Shown piece by piece: positions 1 through 9,505 of a stretch of DNA of 64,000 nucleotides. The DNA lies in NCBI GenBank assembly GCA_963848365.1, contig CAWKDI010000015.1, forward strand, positions 29,037 to 93,036, given 5' to 3'. Every line of letters begins with the position of its first letter. Positions within the stretch are counted from its first letter, which is position 1. This stretch comes from an uncultured Acidobacteriota bacterium (GTDB taxonomy: Bacteria > Acidobacteriota > Terriglobia > Acidiferrales > UBA7541). The translations under genes were made by a program, and so were the position numbers. The notes beneath the pieces were generated by a model. The model was not told where the DNA came from and did not search any database. It saw only the letters and a program-made list of their open reading frames with translations.

Positions 1-1672
1 CCTGCTTTTCGTTGGCCAGCGCGTAGAGGGCTCCAAACTGCATCAGCCCGCTGATATTGATTTGCCCCAAAATGTTTATCGACGGAATGATGGGAGCGAT
101 TCCCACCTGCGTGTCGGAAAACGGAATTTCATTTTGCACATCGGTCACAAAGCGCTGCAGCGAAAGCCGCGCTTCGTTCACCACATTGTTGGAAAGCGTT
201 GTCGTGAGCCTTCCGAGCATGTTCTGGGGCAGGAACCGTTGCGACGCCGGGCTTCCGGGCAGGCATAGTGTGGCGCCGGAGGCGTTCGCGCCGCAATCCA
301 TGGGAATGGTGGCATTCCCTCCGCCATAAAACCATCGGCCGGATAAAGTGTTCTTGTTGTTGATCAGATAGTCGAAGTTGCCGATCGCCTGGTGCTCCGC
401 GTATTTCGCCGGAATCGTGAAAGTGGTGTTCTGATTGACCCCGTTGCTCGAACTGGGAATGAAGTAGCTCCCATCGGGATTCTTCAACTGCAAAATGTTG
501 ACCGCTACGGGATTGATGTTCGAGCCGTTGCAGACAACCTGAACGACCGAGGTGGCTTTGGTGCTTCCGGCCGCGCTGCCGCCCGGGCAGAAAGCCGCCC
601 CTAGTGCTGTCCGGAAAGACGCGGTGTTTGAGCGGTCACCCAGAGGAATCCCAACCAGGGTGGGGTTGGCGTAGCCCGCCGGCGAGATGCCGTTTTTCTG
701 TGCGGTCTCCTGGTACGAGACGAAGAAGAACAACTTATCCTTCTTCACCGGGCCGCCGAAAGTCCCGCCGTATTGGTTCTGGTTCAATACTTGTCGGCCG
801 TTATTCGGGACGCCGTTAACGGGGGGGCTGATCTTGCGGAAGAAGTCGTTGGCGTTCAGCGCGGTGTTGCGGAAAAATTCAAATGCAGTGCCGTGAAACT
901 GGTTCGTTCCCGACTTGGTCACTACGTTCACATTGGAGCCCGGTTTTCGCCCATAGCCGGCATCGTAGAGCGAGGTCTGGATTTTGAATTCTTCGATCGC
1001 GTCGGGATTTACAATGCCAATTCCGGAATCAGCCCCTGAATCGGCGGTTTTTCCGTTGGAACTGAAATTCACAATGGACGCCCCATCCTGGGAGTAATTG
1101 TTCTGCGATGAACTGGCGCCATTCACGGCGATTTCCTGTGAACCTCGCCCCAGGTTGGCCGCGTTGAATACACCGGCATTGGCGCCGGCCGAGAGGCCCA
1201 GCAGGTTGGTATAGTTGCGCGAGGTCAAGGGCGTAGCCGTCATGCTCTCGGAGTTCACTACCGTCCCCACCGTGGATGTGGCCGTCTGCACCGCTTCCGC
1301 CGCTTCGCCCCGCACTTCCACCTGCTGCGTTTGGGCGCCAACCTGCACTGTTTGGTCGAAAACAACCGTCTCCGTCACAACAATGGTGACCGATGGCACT
1401 TCCACCGTATTAAAGCCGGGGGCTTCAAACTTCAGGCTGTAAGCGCCAGGCGGCAGCAGTCCAAACTTGTAGGTGCCGTCTGCGTCCGTACTCGCTGTTC
1501 GTGCCTGGCTGGTCCCCACGCTGGTAGCGGTGACGGTCGCATTCGGCACCACTGCGCCGGAAGAATCCCTCAGGGTTCCCGTCAAGGCCCCCGTGGCGGC
1601 CGTCTGCCCCAACAGCGCGGGAGTCGTCCCGACGGAGAGCAAAAACAAAATGATGCCGCTCAGTTTGGACAT
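1..1672 (-). CDS. TonB-dependent receptor, N-terminal part (CarboxypepD_reg domain + plug + start of barrel); 3' end lies beyond the window
   Basis: Absent from the ORF track because there is no stop in the window. My translation of the minus strand from ATG 1672 (alternative ATG 1708) gives MSKLSGIILFLLSVGTTPALLGQTAATGALTGTLRDSSGAVVPNATVTATS..TDADGTYKFGLLPPGAYSLKFEAPGF..LTSRNYTNLL..VTKSGTNQFHGTAFEFFRN. I did not translate every codon, but the frame reads as continuous receptor-like sequence wherever translated, and the TAG at 601-603 is out of frame. Confidence 0.8.
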   Translation of the reverse strand, partial: MSKLSGIILFLLSVGTTPALLGQTAATGALTGTLRDSSGAVVPNATVTATSVGTSQARTASTDADGTYKFGLLPPGAYSLKFEAPGFNTVEVPSVTIVVTETVVFDQTVQVGAQTQQVEVRGEAAEAVQTATSTVGTVVNSESMTATPLTSRNYTNLLGLSAGANAGVFNAANLGRGSQEIAVNGASSSQNNYSQDGASIVNFSSNGKTADSGADSGIGIVNPDAIEEFKIQTSLYDAGYGRKPGSNVNVVTKSGTNQFHGTAFEFFRNTALNANDFFRKISPPVNGVPNNGRQVLNQNQYGGTFGGPVKKDKLFFFVSYQETAQKNGISPAGYANPTLVGIPLGDRSNTASFRTALGAAFCPGGSAAGSTKATSVVQVVCNGSNINPVAVNILQLKNPDGSYFIPSSSNGVNQNTTFTIPAKYAEHQAIGNFDYLINNKNTLSGRWFYGGGNATIPMDCGANASGATLCLPGSPASQRFLPQNMLGRLTTTLSNNVVNEARLSLQRFVTDVQNEIPFSDTQVGIAPIIPSINILGQINISGLMQFGALYALANEKQ

Positions 1673-2107
1673 GCGCACCTGCCAGTGCTTGGAAATCTTT
1701 GTCAACATAGGAATCCCCCCATCCGAGACGTAAACCTGTAAGACGCCCACCCGACGATGCCAAGTGTATAGTCCGATTTTCTAAAACAAGCAACGCTTTT
1801 TAACTTTTTGGGGGAAACCAAACGTAACGCAGCCGGATGAATGTCGCTTGCCGTCAGAAAATCCTGCGCCCATACGGACACTTGAGGAGTTCAAAAAAGC
1901 TTCACAAGAAGTTCCTATCGATGAGAATATCTCGTCCGTTCAATCGAGCTGATATTGCTTGGATCAGGACGGGCGTCGTCTTCATAAGAGCGGGCTCACA
2001 GACGGTGCATCCCGATAGAACGTGACAGCTCTAAATGCCCGGCCTTGGTTGGGTCTGCTTCCCTTGCAGAAATCCTGGATGATTGGCGAGACCGATCGGG
2101 AGGAACA

Positions 2108-3511
2108 ATGCGACACGTGAAGGCATTGACCTTTTTTTTGCTTGCTGTGGTGGTCTGTTCATCCCCGATGGTGGCTCAGCAAGATGCGTCCGGAGGCGGC
2201 GCTATGCTCTTTGAGGGCGCGCGCCTGATTATCGGCGATGGCACTCCCCCTGTCGAAAACTCGGCGTTTATCGTTGAAAAAGGCAAATTCACGCGCGTGG
2301 GGCGCAAAGGCCAGATTCATCTTCCGAAAGGGGGCGTTCGTGTTGACTTGACGGGAAAGACGGTCATGCCCGCCATCATCGATGCCCATAGCCATCTCGG
2401 CTATTACAATGAGAAGACTCACAACGAGCAGTGGACAAACTACACGCGGGAAAACCTGATTGAGCACCTCCGGCGAATGGCCTATTACGGCGTGGGCGTC
2501 ACCTATAGCATGGGCAACGACGGCGGTCATGGAGAACTGCCCTACGACTTGCAGGCCCACCCAGTTCCCGGAGCGACGTGGTTTCGCACCGCCGGAGCCG
2601 GAATCTCCACCCCAGGCGGAGGACAGGGCGGAGCCAGGGAGAATTCCTGGACTCACGTTACGACGACGGAGGAAGCCCGAAAGGCAGTGCAGGAGCTGGT
2701 CGCGAGAAATCCCGCGATCGTGAAAATCTGGGTGGACGACCGGGCCGACCGCCTCCCTCCGGGCAAAACGATAGCGCCGATGCCACCGGAAATTTCGAGC
2801 GCGATCATCGATGAAGCGCATAAGCACCATCTGCAAGTGGCAGCCCACATCACCTACCTGAAGGACGCCAAGGAACTACTGCGCGAGGGCATTGACGGCT
2901 TCGGCCACGGCGTTCGCGACGTGGATATCGACGACGAATACATCCAGCTGCTGAAGCAGCACCCCAATACGTTCTTCACCACCGTCCTGCCAAACAGAGA
3001 CGGCCTCGCCGGGTTCAAGGAAGAAGACATCCCCTGGATCGCCGAAACGCTCCCTCCCTCGCAGGTCAAGCGCCTGCATGAACTCCTAGCCCACCAGAAT
3101 CCGCAGGGTCACCTGTTCCCCTACGCCGCGCTAACCGATGCCGAAATGTGGGGAGTGCAGTCCCGCAACTTGCGGCGAATTAATCAATTGGGGCTCATGC
3201 GGATCGCCATGGGCACGGACGCCGGCGGTGGCGGGATGATGGGCTGGAGCGCACACGCGGAGATTGCCGATATGGTGGCATCGGGAATAACCCCTTCCCA
3301 AGCCATTGTCGCCGCAACGAAGACAGCAGCCGAGATCATCAAACTTGACGACGTGGTTGGCACCATAGCCGCGAAGAAGAACGCTGATTTCCTAATACTC
3401 GACGCGAATCCCCTGGATGATATCGTCAATACCCGCCGAATCTCGAAGGTATATCTCCGCGGAGAGGAAGTGGACCGCGAGGCCATCCATCGGGATCTCA
3501 CGAAGGAATAA
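2108..3511 (+). CDS. Exported amidohydrolase-family metallohydrolase
   Basis: HxH metal motif (IIDAHSHLGY), later GTDAGGG. ATG 2108 is preceded by GGGAGGA and gives the signal peptide MRHVKALTFFLLAVVVCSSPMVAQQ. The track start at 2045 is probably an over-extension. Confidence 0.85.
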   Translation: MRHVKALTFFLLAVVVCSSPMVAQQDASGGGAMLFEGARLIIGDGTPPVENSAFIVEKGKFTRVGRKGQIHLPKGGVRVDLTGKTVMPAIIDAHSHLGYYNEKTHNEQWTNYTRENLIEHLRRMAYYGVGVTYSMGNDGGHGELPYDLQAHPVPGATWFRTAGAGISTPGGGQGGARENSWTHVTTTEEARKAVQELVARNPAIVKIWVDDRADRLPPGKTIAPMPPEISSAIIDEAHKHHLQVAAHITYLKDAKELLREGIDGFGHGVRDVDIDDEYIQLLKQHPNTFFTTVLPNRDGLAGFKEEDIPWIAETLPPSQVKRLHELLAHQNPQGHLFPYAALTDAEMWGVQSRNLRRINQLGLMRIAMGTDAGGGGMMGWSAHAEIADMVASGITPSQAIVAATKTAAEIIKLDDVVGTIAAKKNADFLILDANPLDDIVNTRRISKVYLRGEEVDREAIHRDLTKE

Positions 3512-3652
3512 GAGTCACCTCCACTCAGAGTCATTTTGTACAAAAGCAGGCCTATTGATTTCTCTACATCCGAGGATTCTCGCGATCTTCTTAGTTTCTT
3601 ATGACGCCAACGGAGCCCGGCACGATTGACATTCAATCCCAGCTGGTGATAG

Positions 3653-4582
3653 ATGTCCTACGGGCAAGCGAACCATCGAGCCCCAGCGAAAGCGGCGATG
3701 GAAAAAAAACCTCCGCGTGATTTTTTTTCCTTCCTTCTCCGGAGGGACTTTCTGATGGGGACTTTTCTGCTGACCGCTCGCCTGTTTACGGCCGGGATCC
3801 TCGTTTTCCGTATCCTTAGCGATGTTCGTGCGGCGCACTCCAGCGCCGTTCTTTACTTGGCCGTGACGATCCAGTTGGTTGGTGTGGTCCTGGTAGTCCT
3901 TGGTTATAAGACACGATTCGCGGCGCTCCTATTAGCTGCTTTCTGCGTGGCCACAACTGTGCTCGTGAACGGGCACGCCGGGGCAGCCGGGCTTTTTAGG
4001 ACCCCCTTTCTGAAAGACTTGGCAGTCGCGGGCGGCTTCTTGTTCATGTTCGCCAACGGACCTGGCCCGCTGTCGCTCGATGGAAACAGCCGCGGCGGTA
4101 AACCAGGAGAAGCGGAAGAAGGTTTTTTCATGGGCCTGCTGTTGCTGGCGGGCCGAATTTTGTCGACGCTGGTTTTTCTTTATTACGGCACGTCCAAAAT
4201 CCTGCATACCGCGCGCATGCAGGATTACATGGTAAAGCACAATTCGCACGTCCCCACGAACCTCATTTACCTCGCGATCCTGACCCAGATTCTCGCGCCA
4301 GCTCTGGTGCTGCTGGGTTACAAGACCAGGTACGGAGCGCTCGCACTCTCGGGATTCTGCATCATCGCCACTTCCTTGTTCCATGCTGACTTCGGCAATC
4401 ATGGCGAGGTGGAGCAGTTTCTATTGGACTTCGCGATCGCGGGAGGGTTGTTGTTCATGTTTGCGCATGGACCGGGTCCACTCTCGCTCGACGCTCGCCC
4501 CGCCAAACGGTCAGCGAACACCAGCCCTTCTGCCGACGGGCAAATAGAATCTGGCGTCGCAGGCGTAATCGGGCCAGCCTAG
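3653..4582 (+). CDS. Tandem (duplicated) DoxX-family membrane protein
   Basis: Two internal repeats with the same pattern: ..VLGYKTRFAALLLAAFCVATT..FLKDLAVAGGFLFMFANGPGPLSLD and ..LLGYKTRYGALALSGFCIIATS..FLLDFAIAGGLLFMFAHGPGPLSLD. Exact start uncertain (ATGs at 3653, 3699, 3755). Confidence 0.75.
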   Translation: MSYGQANHRAPAKAAMEKKPPRDFFSFLLRRDFLMGTFLLTARLFTAGILVFRILSDVRAAHSSAVLYLAVTIQLVGVVLVVLGYKTRFAALLLAAFCVATTVLVNGHAGAAGLFRTPFLKDLAVAGGFLFMFANGPGPLSLDGNSRGGKPGEAEEGFFMGLLLLAGRILSTLVFLYYGTSKILHTARMQDYMVKHNSHVPTNLIYLAILTQILAPALVLLGYKTRYGALALSGFCIIATSLFHADFGNHGEVEQFLLDFAIAGGLLFMFAHGPGPLSLDARPAKRSANTSPSADGQIESGVAGVIGPA

Positions 4583-4598
4583 AGTAGAGGGGAAGACG

Positions 4599-6824
4599 AT
4601 GCGGAAATTGTGGATACCCAGCCCCATCTTCGGCGCCTTCCTAGCGATCGGTTTGGCCCTCCTGATGTCTGCGGTCTCCCGCGTAGATGCGGGCTCGAAC
4701 TCCGGCGCCGCGGCTGCCTCACAGGTGCGAGCGAGTACGGTTTCCATCGATGCAGACGATATCGGTGGGGTCGTCACTAGCTCGAGGGGACCAGAAGCCG
4801 GAGTGTGGGTCATCGCGGAAACGACGGACTTACACACAAAGTATCGCAAGATCGTGGTGACAGACGACCAAGGCCGATATCTGATTCCGGACCTTCCGGA
4901 AGCAACCTATAAACTGTGGGTGCGCGGCTACGGTTTGGTGGATGGGCCCGAGGTTTCCCAGGTTGAGCCTGGCCAGAGAGTGGCCCTGACTGCCGCGATT
5001 GCACCGAGTGCTAAGGCCGCCGCCCAATACTACCCGGCCAATTATTGGTATTCGTTGCTCCGGGTGCCCCCAGCGAGCGACTTCCCAATGACGGTTTCGG
5101 TCCCCGTGGATGACCCCAGCGGCGCCGGCGGCGGGGCTCCGCAGACGCGGGTGATTCAGACTCAAGCGGAATGGCTCTCTACCGTCAAAGGGTGCAATGG
5201 CGTCTGCCATCAGATGGGGACCAGGGTCACCCGTGAAATCTCCCCGGCTTTGCGTACCTTCGATTCAAGCGTTCAAGCCTGGGACTACCGGATGCGGATG
5301 GGCCAAACGCGAACCGGCATCATCCGGCTGAACAGTCTGGGACATGACCGGGTTTTGTCTTTGTTTGCGGATTGGACTGACCGGATCGCGGCAGGAGAAC
5401 TTCCGCCGGTGCCGCCGAGGCCGGCCGGTGTGGAGCGCAATGTTGTCGTCACCCTTTGGGATATCGGTACGCCTATCACGTTCATGCATGACCTGTATGC
5501 GACCGACGAACGGGATCCCACTGTCAACGGATACGGGCCGGTTTATGGCAGTGACTTCAACCTGGGCCTGTTAATGATTCTCGATCCGAAGCGCAACACC
5601 GTCGAGAACGTGCACCTGCCGTTCCGCGATCCGGACGAATTGAGTCATTTCACCCCGCAGACGATGGAAAAGCCGTCGCCGTATTTTGGCGATGAACTCA
5701 TTTGGGATGAGCGCAGCGTCGCCCATCTGAAGAATATCGACAGCCAGGGGCGCGCCTGGATCGCATATGCGTGGCGCTCGCAACAGAAACCACCCGCGTT
5801 TTGCGAGGACGGCGCGAACAACAGGTTTACGCAGTACTACCCACTCGGAAAGATTTCGCGACGCCAGTTATCGTATTACGATCCGAAGACGAAAAAGTTG
5901 AAGCTGATCGACACCTGCTATAACACTCGACACGCGGGCTTTGCAGACGATCCGGACCACACGATTTATTGGGTGGGCGAAGGAGTGGTCGGCTGGATCA
6001 AGCCCCGCATTCTTGACGAGGGAGGCTCTGACGAGGCCGCTCAGGGGTGGTGCCCGGCGTATTACGACCTCAATGGCGATGGCAAATACGAAAAGAGCGC
6101 CGACAAAATCATTCCGGGCCGCGCCTACTACGTAACTTACAATCCCGTGGATGGAAGCGTTTGGTACGCTGTGGACGATACTCCGGGCAAGATCGTGCGC
6201 GTCGACATCGGTAAAAATCCACCGGAGACCTGCCGTTCCGAGGCCTACGAACCGCCCTTCGACAAGATCAAAGCGCCAGGCAAGATGGGTTTCTTTCCGC
6301 GCGGCATCGATGCGGACAGTAACGGACTCATCTGGACGGGGCTTGCGGGCAGCGGCCAGTTGGCCAGCTTCGATCGAAACAAATGTGCCGTAAAGAGCGG
6401 CCATGGAACCATGGAAGACCTCCAGCGCTGCCCGGAGGGCTGGACGCTTTATGCCTTGCCGGGGCCCCAAATGAAAGGCGCAACGGAGGGGGGCAATGCC
6501 GACTGGATCTATGGCAACTGGGTCGATCGCTTCAACACCCTAGGTCTCGGCAAGAATGTACCGATGCTGACCGGGACAGGTTCTGATTCGATCCTGGCGC
6601 TCTTGCCGGATACCCGGAAGTGGGTCGTGCTGCGGGTACCGTATCCGCTGGGGTTCAACGCTCGAAACCTGGCCGGCCGCATCGATGATCCCAGCGCAGG
6701 ATGGAAAGGGCGAGGGCTCTGGGTGGGTAATGAGATACGAAACCCCTGGCATATCGAAGGCGGGAGGGGCACCTACCCGCAGGCCGCGCATTTCCAGTTG
6801 CGGCCGGACCCACTGGCGAAGTAA
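4599..6824 (+). CDS. Secreted protein with an N-terminal CarboxypepD_reg-like domain and a large beta-rich C-terminal region; function unknown
   Basis: Signal peptide, then VVTSSRGPEAGVWVIAETTDLHTKYRKIVVTDDQGRYLIPDLPEATYKLWVRGYG. Contains CNGVCH. Long uninterrupted ORF with an RBS-like GGGGAAG upstream. Confidence 0.7.
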   Translation: MRKLWIPSPIFGAFLAIGLALLMSAVSRVDAGSNSGAAAASQVRASTVSIDADDIGGVVTSSRGPEAGVWVIAETTDLHTKYRKIVVTDDQGRYLIPDLPEATYKLWVRGYGLVDGPEVSQVEPGQRVALTAAIAPSAKAAAQYYPANYWYSLLRVPPASDFPMTVSVPVDDPSGAGGGAPQTRVIQTQAEWLSTVKGCNGVCHQMGTRVTREISPALRTFDSSVQAWDYRMRMGQTRTGIIRLNSLGHDRVLSLFADWTDRIAAGELPPVPPRPAGVERNVVVTLWDIGTPITFMHDLYATDERDPTVNGYGPVYGSDFNLGLLMILDPKRNTVENVHLPFRDPDELSHFTPQTMEKPSPYFGDELIWDERSVAHLKNIDSQGRAWIAYAWRSQQKPPAFCEDGANNRFTQYYPLGKISRRQLSYYDPKTKKLKLIDTCYNTRHAGFADDPDHTIYWVGEGVVGWIKPRILDEGGSDEAAQGWCPAYYDLNGDGKYEKSADKIIPGRAYYVTYNPVDGSVWYAVDDTPGKIVRVDIGKNPPETCRSEAYEPPFDKIKAPGKMGFFPRGIDADSNGLIWTGLAGSGQLASFDRNKCAVKSGHGTMEDLQRCPEGWTLYALPGPQMKGATEGGNADWIYGNWVDRFNTLGLGKNVPMLTGTGSDSILALLPDTRKWVVLRVPYPLGFNARNLAGRIDDPSAGWKGRGLWVGNEIRNPWHIEGGRGTYPQAAHFQLRPDPLAK

Positions 6825-6866
6825 AGCCTCTTGCGGGGCATCAACTCATAGACGGAGGAAATTTCA

Positions 6867-7805
6867 TTGCGAGCTTGCTGTGCGGGCCTGGCGGCTGTCG
6901 CCATAGCGGCGCTGTTTTTCCCCGCTCGATTATCGTCTTGGCCTCAGAGCTCTCCAACAGCGACGAAGCCCGCTGAACACGGGGCAACGCCCTTTGACCC
7001 GCGCGACTTATCCGGCACTTGGCGTGGCGAGACCGCCCAACCCGGTGAGAATTCCCGCACCGGCGAGTCGCCTCGCAACTTTGCCAGCTATAGCCAAACG
7101 ATTCCCGAACCTCCCTTAACGGATTGGGGCAAGCAGCATTTACTTTATAAATCCATTTCGCACGATGCCTTGGCCGGCACGCCTCTACCGGGCATGGGCC
7201 TTCCAGGACATCTGTGTTCGCAACGGACTTCCCACGTCCCCTGTTTTGCTACGGACCTCAATGGAGTGCCGGTGAATGACCTGGATGGCGAATACCCCGG
7301 CAAGGATTGCGAGCCGTTGTCTACGCCCGCCATGTACGACTATCCAAGCCTGGGTTCCATGGAAATACTGGTCACCCCTGACGGCGACCGCATCTTTCAG
7401 CTATTCGAGTACCATCGCGAGTGGCGTACGTTCTGGCTCAATCGTGAACATCCCAAGGATCTCGACCCTACCTATGAGGGCGACTCGACTGCTCACTGGG
7501 AGGGAGACACTCTGGTGGTGGATACAATCGGATACAACGGCAAGACCATGATCACGCAGAATGTCGGCCATTCCAAGAGCGACGCGTTCCGGCTGGTCGA
7601 ACGTTTCCGGCGCGTAGATCACGACCACCTGGTGATCGATATGACGTACTACGATCCAAAAGCGTGGGGCGACAAATCCTGGCCTGGATTTCACAAATAT
7701 TACAACTTGGTGCCGAAGGAAGACTTTCAGGAATTCATCTGCAGCCCAAGCGAGTATCAGAAGTATAAGAACCGTATAACAGATACGATGAGACGGAACC
7801 GGTGA
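6867..7805 (+). CDS. Exported hypothetical protein
   Basis: TTG start, hydrophobic N-terminus (AGLAAVAIAALFF), same strand and 43 nt downstream of the previous gene. No motif I can name. Confidence 0.6.
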   Translation: MRACCAGLAAVAIAALFFPARLSSWPQSSPTATKPAEHGATPFDPRDLSGTWRGETAQPGENSRTGESPRNFASYSQTIPEPPLTDWGKQHLLYKSISHDALAGTPLPGMGLPGHLCSQRTSHVPCFATDLNGVPVNDLDGEYPGKDCEPLSTPAMYDYPSLGSMEILVTPDGDRIFQLFEYHREWRTFWLNREHPKDLDPTYEGDSTAHWEGDTLVVDTIGYNGKTMITQNVGHSKSDAFRLVERFRRVDHDHLVIDMTYYDPKAWGDKSWPGFHKYYNLVPKEDFQEFICSPSEYQKYKNRITDTMRRNR

Positions 7806-7841
7806 GTTACTTCGTCCTCTGGCTTCGGTCTCATTCGAAAT

Positions 7842-9350
7842 TCATCCCTTCTGCAGTAAAGGCCGGAGCTCGCGGATATCTTTCACATTTTCGAGAGCGA
7901 AGACTCGATCGATGAGCTTTGATGTGGAGGAATGGCCGATCACAGGCGCCATTAGGTCGCGGGCTTTCGTGCGAATCTCGTCGCTCGTCATCGGGTTGGC
8001 TGCCGTACCACGAACCGAATCGACATGGTCATGGAACTTAGTGTTATCCATGAGCGTCACTTCGACAATAGACTGCCGTCTCGGCATGAGGCGGCCGAGT
8101 TCCTCATCGGGGACGAGTTGCACCTTCGCGCGCTCACGAAGGATGACGGGATCGTGCATGCGTGCTTTGTCGTGCACCGATCGAAACGAGATCGTATTGT
8201 CGACCAACATCATCGCCATGATGTGCTGGAGGCAAATGTCTGGCAGCTCGCGGTTGTCCACGACAGCTCCTTCCTGAGGGGCAAGCCGAACGCTGACTCG
8301 CTTTACCTGGTCGGGGGTGAAGGGATGCTGCTTTCGAATATTTTCCAATGCGTCGAGCGGCGCCTGGATTGGCATTCCTGCGCTCCATTTCTTGATATCC
8401 GTCCGTGCCACCTCGTAGCGTTGGCCGAGACTGTCTACGAGCCCCATCGGATCGGCCTTAGGCCCGAACGCCAGAAAGAAATTGTTGGGCCCGGAGAAGA
8501 CGTCATCCAGACCGGTCCAACCGGAATGAACCACCATCGCGCTGGTAACTCCGTTCCGAGCCGGTTCACCTGCAAAGTCAAAGGCCTTTTCAATGTGGTC
8601 GGGATCTCGGTTCCAAAGCGAGAGGCCGGACGATTGTTCGGCGGCATAGTTGAGAAGCCATCGCATTTGCTGGGCGCTTAGGCTTGCCGCACAACCAGCG
8701 GCAGCGGCAGCACCAAAGGTAGTGGCGATACAATGAGTGCTTCTGTGGCTCTCGTTCTCATAGGGCTCCGCGCCCAAAGTCATCGTGACTCGCGTACCAA
8801 CGTCATAGCCCAGAGTTACGGCGCGCAAAAAGTGCATCCCGTCGATGAGGAATTGCTCTCCGGCGGCGAATGCTGCAGGCACCATCGCGCAACCCGGATG
8901 TGACTGCGATGGGGCGTGGGAGTCGTCGGTCTCGTCGGAATGGGCCAGCATTCCGTTAGTCAGAGCCGCCTCGATGGGGCCGCAGAGGATGTTCGACGCA
9001 ACCACCGTCGCAACTTCTTTGCCGCCATAGGCCCGCGCGAACTTGAGCGCCTCGCGTCCCGGAAGCAATTCAGAACCCGAGACCATCGCGGCAAATGTGT
9101 CGAGTATGTGTTGCTTCGCCTTTTCCACCACCTCGAGGGGCAGTGCATGATTCAGGGCCTCGCTCATATATTTGCTGAGCCTCGTAATCACCGGGCCACC
9201 TTCCGCCGAACCGGGAAATTCCGCCCTTGCGACCACGGGAGAGAAGGCCGCTGCGGCGATCAGCAAAGCTGATCGCCGGAAAAGGCTGCGACGGCTCAGC
9301 GATACGGCTCCGCCCACAGTTCGCGCGTCTGAGGCTGCATCGTGTCCCAT
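7842..9350 (-). CDS. MmgE/PrpD-family protein with a twin-arginine signal peptide
   Basis: N-terminus SRRSLFRRSALLIAAAAFSPVVARA (Tat-like). Core LAHSDETDDSHAPSQSHPG is typical of the 2-methylcitrate dehydratase family. Confidence 0.85.
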   Translation of the reverse strand: MGHDAASDARTVGGAVSLSRRSLFRRSALLIAAAAFSPVVARAEFPGSAEGGPVITRLSKYMSEALNHALPLEVVEKAKQHILDTFAAMVSGSELLPGREALKFARAYGGKEVATVVASNILCGPIEAALTNGMLAHSDETDDSHAPSQSHPGCAMVPAAFAAGEQFLIDGMHFLRAVTLGYDVGTRVTMTLGAEPYENESHRSTHCIATTFGAAAAAGCAASLSAQQMRWLLNYAAEQSSGLSLWNRDPDHIEKAFDFAGEPARNGVTSAMVVHSGWTGLDDVFSGPNNFFLAFGPKADPMGLVDSLGQRYEVARTDIKKWSAGMPIQAPLDALENIRKQHPFTPDQVKRVSVRLAPQEGAVVDNRELPDICLQHIMAMMLVDNTISFRSVHDKARMHDPVILRERAKVQLVPDEELGRLMPRRQSIVEVTLMDNTKFHDHVDSVRGTAANPMTSDEIRTKARDLMAPVIGHSSTSKLIDRVFALENVKDIRELRPLLQKG

Positions 9351-9505
9351 AATGGTTCTCCTCTCTCAACATTGTGCAGTACCGGGGGCGAACCGCCCGC
9401 TCAACAGATGAGACGGGCGAACTTTCCGTCGAGTGTGCCAGGGCCTTGGGAACTCCGTTTTCCGTGGGGCAGAACTGTCTGTTAGTAGCACTATTCGCGA
9501 AATAC

